A DNA stretch of 15,630 nt from Acidilobus sp. (GTDB lineage Archaea > Thermoproteota > Thermoprotei_A > Sulfolobales > Acidilobaceae): the NCBI RefSeq assembly GCF_049973875.1, contig NZ_JBMFJI010000020.1, forward strand, positions 1-15,630, read 5' to 3'. The notes below the pieces were generated by a model that saw nothing but the letters and a program-made list of their open reading frames with translations, made no database searches and was not told the DNA's origin. Both the position numbers and the translations under genes were made by a program. Position 1 is the stretch's first letter. Each line of letters begins with the position of its first letter. This document shows positions 12,176-15,630 of this stretch, piece by piece.

Positions 12176-14491
12176 TTGATGAGGATGAAGAACTTCAAAG
12201 GCGCCCTGGAGTACGTCCTGCTTGCCCTGGTCGCGGCCCTCACGGCAGCCCTGAGGCTCGTGCCGTACCTGAGGTACGGGCCAACGCTCAGCGAGGTAGA
12301 CCCATATGAGTACCTCTGGCTTGCTAACTACTTCTACTCCCACGGCCTCGGCGGCCTCCATGGCCTTGCCCACTCGGCCCTCTGGTGGTACCCGTGGGGC
12401 AGGGACTTCCTGAGCAGCGAGTACCTCGGGCTCCCGTGGCTCTCGGCCCTGGCCTCAAGGCTCACGGGGGCCAGCGTCGAGGTCGCCCTCTCGCTGTCCC
12501 CGGCGGCTTTTGCGGTGCTCGGCGTGGTCGGCGTCTACCTGGCCGTGAAGGAGGCCGGGGGCAGCTCCGTGGCTGCCCTGACGGCCGCGGCCGGCTTCGC
12601 CTTCCTGCCGATAACTGTGCTGAACCACGGCTTTGCCACCGACCCGGCCAAGGTCTTTGACGGCATAGCCCTGCTCCCCTACCCGCTCTACTTCATAGCC
12701 AGGTCGTACAGGGCGCCGAAAGCGACCACGTCAATAGCGATGGCGGCCGCTGCCGGGGCGTCGGGGGGACTCATAGCTTGGTTCTGGGGAGGCTACCAGT
12801 ACATGGCCCTCGTCGTGGCCCTGTTAGCGGTAACTGAGCCGTTCCTGAACGAGCCCTCCCTGCAGGGCCTCCTGAGGCTGCTCGCCGCCTGGGCGGCCTT
12901 CGCTGCCGTGGCCCTGACCTCGCCGGCGGTGAGCCTCCACCTCTTCACCAGGGGGGTCGGGCTGGCGGCCGAGGCGTCGCTGCTCGCCTACGCCTTTGAG
13001 TACCTCGCGCTTACCAGGCTCACGGGCCTCAGCAGGCTCAGGGTGCACGCGTGGACCCTGGCAGTGTTGGCCGGCCTCGCGGCGGTCGCCGTGGCCTCAG
13101 GCATGGTGAGCCTCCCCTCCAGGGTCCTCATGGGCCTCGGCGTGACCCCGCCGCCCGGGGCTGTGGTGCCCCTGACCGTGCAGGAGTACATGGGCGTCCC
13201 GCCGCAGCAGGTGATATCATCGTATGCGCCCTTCTTCGTCCTGTCGCTGATAGGCGTGGTGATCATGATAGCGGGCAGGGCGACCGGGAGGCTGACCCCC
13301 TCCCCCACCGACGCCATAGCCGCGGTGTCGCTGGAGCTCATGATAGTCTTCACCTACGCCTCCGTCAACCAGGCCTACTACCTGCCGTCGGCGGCCCTCT
13401 ACGCGATAATAGCTGGGGGCGTCTCAATAGCCCTGGTCGGGTCGCTCAGGCCAGCTTATGCCGCCGCGAGGCGCCGCAGGCCCCAGCAGGCCACCGCCGG
13501 CAGGGGCGCGGCGATAGGGGCCGCCCTGCTGGCGGCCATGGTGTTGGCGTCCATGGCCTACTACGCCTACGTTGACTACAGCGCTCTACAGCTCGAGGCG
13601 CCCTCGATAGAGACCGGCTGGCTCGGGGCCCTGAGGTCCCCCGACGGGAAGGTGATAGTTCCAGTCAACAACGCCTGGCCCCTCGCCCTCAGCTACGTCA
13701 GGAACGAGACGCCCCCGGGCTCGGTGGTGGTGACCTGGTGGGACTACGGCTACTGGGTGGGCGTCCTGGCCAACAGGGCGTCGGTTGTCGACGGCTCAAC
13801 TATAAACGGCACCCAGATAGAGCTCGTCGCCGACGCCCTCACGGCCCCCGTTGAGCAGTCAGGGGCCTACCTGAGGATGCTGAGGCTCCCGACAAACGAG
13901 ACGTACGTCATGGTATATGACGTCTTCCTCGGCATATACGACAACTCCACGGGCTCCGTGACCATAATGCCCTTCCCCAACGTGGTCAGCGTGGGCCCAG
14001 GGGTCTACGCCGTGACCTACGGCCTGGGCGACATGGCCAAGTCATACCAGATGCTCAGGATAGCCGGCAGGGTCAACCCTTACTCGGGCCAGGCGCTGTT
14101 CACCGGCTACTCCTCCGTCAGCTACCAGTCCAACGTAGAGGTCCTCCAGTTCCCCGGCCTCGCGGGCAGCCCGGCCAAGAACGTGAGCAACACGCTCAAC
14201 ACCACCATATACGACCTCATCATGTACGGCCTCTCGCAGCTGGGCAGGTACGGCGTCCTGGGCCAGGGGGCCTCGTGGCTCAGGAGCGCCTCCTCGTTCA
14301 CCCCGGCGGCCGTGGCCTACGTGGACCCCACGGGCAGCATGGCCCCGGCCCCAGTCAGCGCCCCGAGCCCTGAGCCCTACTACGTGCCCGTGGCGTTCTT
14401 CGTCTCTGTGCCCTACTCGTGGCAGGGGCCCGGGGTCACGTACTTCTACGCGGTCATAGTGTTCCTCTACAGGTGGGGAGGACTGCCTTAA
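12176..14491 (+). CDS. aglB: AglB, archaeal oligosaccharyltransferase (STT3 family)
   Basis: 771 aa with a multi-TM N-terminal domain containing a DPYEY (EL1 Asp) motif. WWDYGYW catalytic motif in VVVTWWDYGYWVGVL. Large C-terminal extracytoplasmic domain with several N-x-S/T sequons. Confidence 0.9.
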   Translation: MMRMKNFKGALEYVLLALVAALTAALRLVPYLRYGPTLSEVDPYEYLWLANYFYSHGLGGLHGLAHSALWWYPWGRDFLSSEYLGLPWLSALASRLTGASVEVALSLSPAAFAVLGVVGVYLAVKEAGGSSVAALTAAAGFAFLPITVLNHGFATDPAKVFDGIALLPYPLYFIARSYRAPKATTSIAMAAAAGASGGLIAWFWGGYQYMALVVALLAVTEPFLNEPSLQGLLRLLAAWAAFAAVALTSPAVSLHLFTRGVGLAAEASLLAYAFEYLALTRLTGLSRLRVHAWTLAVLAGLAAVAVASGMVSLPSRVLMGLGVTPPPGAVVPLTVQEYMGVPPQQVISSYAPFFVLSLIGVVIMIAGRATGRLTPSPTDAIAAVSLELMIVFTYASVNQAYYLPSAALYAIIAGGVSIALVGSLRPAYAAARRRRPQQATAGRGAAIGAALLAAMVLASMAYYAYVDYSALQLEAPSIETGWLGALRSPDGKVIVPVNNAWPLALSYVRNETPPGSVVVTWWDYGYWVGVLANRASVVDGSTINGTQIELVADALTAPVEQSGAYLRMLRLPTNETYVMVYDVFLGIYDNSTGSVTIMPFPNVVSVGPGVYAVTYGLGDMAKSYQMLRIAGRVNPYSGQALFTGYSSVSYQSNVEVLQFPGLAGSPAKNVSNTLNTTIYDLIMYGLSQLGRYGVLGQGASWLRSASSFTPAAVAYVDPTGSMAPAPVSAPSPEPYYVPVAFFVSVPYSWQGPGVTYFYAVIVFLYRWGGLP

Positions 14492-14524
14492 AGCTGGGGC
14501 CGCGAGAGGGCTCAGGGGAACGCC

Positions 14525-15217
14525 TTGGACTCCCCCTCAAGGCTAGCCAGGGAGCTCGCTAAGGAGCTGGAGTCGGAGCCGTCGGCAGAGGAGTTCGCCA
14601 AGAGGTGCCTTAACTCCATGAGGTGGGGAGGCAGCGCGGTCCTCATGGTTGTTGACGCCTCCTTCACGTCGGCGGGGCTCAGCTACTTCACCGCCGTGGT
14701 CCCCAGGGTGCTCAGGTTCAAGGAGGAGCTCGTGGACTCTGGCATGATAAGGGGGCTGGAGGACCTGGCCTCGGCCGACGAGGGCCTCCTGCTGAGGTAC
14801 TGGAGGAACAGGAGGTCGTGGTCAGTGGCCAAGGGGGTCGCCTCCTCGCTGCTCAGGTTCGGGGACGACGACAGGTCAAGGCTCAGGTCCTGGGCGGCCC
14901 AGTCAAGGCTTGACGGCTGGAGGTCGGACCCCGTGGGCTCGGTCAAGGGGGTGGGGCTCATAACTTACCAGTACCTCAGGATGATGGGGGGCGTGGACAC
15001 CGCCATGCCTGACAGGATAGTCAAGAAGTACGTTCAGGCCGTGGGGGAGAGGGCCGGGGTGCCGGTGCCGCGGGGCGACGTGGAGTTCGTGAAGTTCCTC
15101 GAGTCCCTGAGGCAGTACGGAGTCAGCCCCGTCGCGGTCACCTGGCTCTCGTGGCTTAAGCTTTCAGAGGGCGAGGAGGTGCTGAGAAGGTACGGGAACC
15201 TGGTTAACCTGCTTTAG
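14525..15217 (+). CDS. HhH-GPD superfamily DNA glycosylase-like protein (no Fe-S cysteines, no hairpin Lys)
   Basis: VKGVGLITYQYLRMMGGVDTAMPDRIVKKY resembles the EndoIII helix-hairpin-helix LPGVGRKTA...VDTHVFRV, with Asp at the corresponding spacing. N-terminal SAVLMVVDASFTSAG resembles EndoIII ELLIAVLLSAQATD. About 230 aa. No C-terminal Cys cluster. Confidence 0.45.
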   Translation: MDSPSRLARELAKELESEPSAEEFAKRCLNSMRWGGSAVLMVVDASFTSAGLSYFTAVVPRVLRFKEELVDSGMIRGLEDLASADEGLLLRYWRNRRSWSVAKGVASSLLRFGDDDRSRLRSWAAQSRLDGWRSDPVGSVKGVGLITYQYLRMMGGVDTAMPDRIVKKYVQAVGERAGVPVPRGDVEFVKFLESLRQYGVSPVAVTWLSWLKLSEGEEVLRRYGNLVNLL

Positions 15218-15435
15218 GGAGGCACTGCTATGCCAGTTAATGTCCTTGATATTAGCAGGTTTGAGGGCCCGCTGGACGTGACAGGCCCCCTGGGGCCGGC
15301 GCGGCCAGCTGCATGAATTACGTGGACTACCCTGAGCAGGTGAACCAGGAGCAGGCCGTGGCCGAGGGTCGCGTGCGCGGCTATGTCGAGCCCTCCGGCG
15401 GCCGCGAGGAGGACAATTAAGAGCAGCAGCCTCAA
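15214..15435 (-). CDS. Alternative 73-aa ORF with a hydrophobic N-terminus, antisense to the two tiny ORFs; uncertain
   Basis: MRLLLLIVLLAAAGGLDIAAHATLGHG... Codon usage is more host-like (AGG, ATA), but it occupies the same triplet phase as the antisense acidic ORF, so either could be a GC-frame shadow of the other. Confidence 0.15.
   Translation of the reverse strand: MRLLLLIVLLAAAGGLDIAAHATLGHGLLLVHLLRVVHVIHAAGRAGPRGPVTSSGPSNLLISRTLTGIAVPP
15230..15316 (+). CDS. Tiny ORF (28 aa) preceded by GGAGG; uncertain
   Basis: GGGAGG at 15217-15222, then a 7-nt spacer, then ATG 15230. Encodes MPVNVLDISRFEGPLDVTGPLGPARPAA. Stop overlaps the next ATG (ATGA). Uses AT-ending codons atypical for the locus. 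Confidence 0.15.
   Translation: MPVNVLDISRFEGPLDVTGPLGPARPAA
15313..15420 (+). CDS. Tiny acidic ORF (35 aa), translationally coupled to the preceding tiny ORF; uncertain
   Basis: MNYVDYPEQVNQEQAVAEGRVRGYVEPSGGREEDN. Mostly GC3 codons, but uses CGC for Arg rather than the locus-typical AGG. Confidence 0.15.
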   Translation: MNYVDYPEQVNQEQAVAEGRVRGYVEPSGGREEDN

Positions 15436-15484
15436 GTCCCTTCCCCGGCCTAAGGGCTGAACCCTTCTTCACATTAACAGAAAC

Positions 15485-15514
15485 CTTTTATATGTTTCTC
15501 TATATATAGAATAT
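15485..15514. promoter_or_regulatory. AT-rich promoter block with two TATA-like boxes (CTTTTATATG and CTCTATATATAGAATAT); orientation ambiguous
   Basis: Sharp AT-rich island in a GC-rich context at the window edge. Could serve a + gene beyond the window or the minus 73-aa ORF. Confidence 0.35.
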
Positions 15515-15630
15515 CCGAGGGTCTTCCATATAACGAGGTGTGTAAGAAGGACGCCTAACGGCTTCGTCCAAAAGCGCGCTGGCTGCTGACGTCCGTGAGG
15601 GTCTCGTCAACTTGACCTGTTCAGTCCATC

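Noticed and set aside
12385-13575. Alternative-frame ORFs within aglB (12385-12660 +, 12824-13048 -, 12988-13353 -, 13051-13575 +)
   Set aside because: Arg/Gly/Pro-rich frame shadows of a very GC-rich coding region. aglB carries the WWDYGYW signature in its own frame.
4952-15170. Recurrent CTTAAGCT / CTTAAAGCT motif (4952, 5353, 9281, 14488, 15159)
   Set aside because: Some copies coincide with TATA-like positions after stop codons, but others are inside coding sequence. Likely just the local consensus of AT-rich promoter elements, not a distinct repeat family.
15164-15472. 102-aa minus ORF (MKKGSALRPGKGLEAAALNCPPRGRRRARHSRARDPRPRP...)
   Set aside because: Extremely Arg/Pro-rich low complexity. 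Frame shadow of the GC-rich 15218-15470 block.
1-15630. CRISPR arrays, rRNA/tRNA genes, integrase/transposase genes and IS terminal inverted repeats
   Set aside because: Scanned both strands and found no regularly spaced direct repeats, structured-RNA signatures or mobile-element ORFs. The only tandem repeat is the 16-bp duplication at 12098-12129.

Overview
The window looks like a chromosomal segment from a high-GC hyperthermophilic archaeon, most likely a crenarchaeon. Evidence for that: heavy AGG (Arg) and ATA (Ile) codon use, frequent GTG/TTG starts, AT-rich TATA-like boxes about 25-30 nt upstream of mostly leaderless starts, and oligo-T terminators. Almost all genes are on the + strand. 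In order, the content is:
- a decayed YbjQ/UPF0145 gene remnant;
- a family-III CoA-transferase (frameshifted) overlapping an enoyl-CoA hydratase in an operon;
- a DUF3311-like small membrane subunit translationally coupled to an SSS-family sodium:solute symporter;
- a 290-nt unexplained non-coding gap;
- a small helical hypothetical protein (frameshifted) and a small membrane protein;
- an amidohydrolase;
- an unusual ABC exporter carrying three PH-like modules (one N-terminal, two C-terminal after a poly-Pro linker), followed by a free-standing B3/B4 tRNA-binding-domain protein;
- a small membrane protein;
- a DsrE/DsrF-like gene on the minus strand, divergent from a PfV-type gene that fuses a ferritin-like (Flp) domain to a family-1 encapsulin shell (a protein nanocompartment locus);
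- the AglB/STT3 oligosaccharyltransferase;
- an HhH-GPD glycosylase-like gene;
- a terminal region with tiny SD-led ORFs and an AT-rich promoter block.
No rRNA or tRNA genes, CRISPR arrays, integrases or transposases were seen.
The most interesting items are the Flp-encapsulin with its divergent DsrE-like neighbour, the PH-domain-decorated ABC exporter with an operator-like perfect palindrome, a trio of gene disruptions at G-runs, and a perfect 16-bp tandem duplication of a TATA/terminator element.
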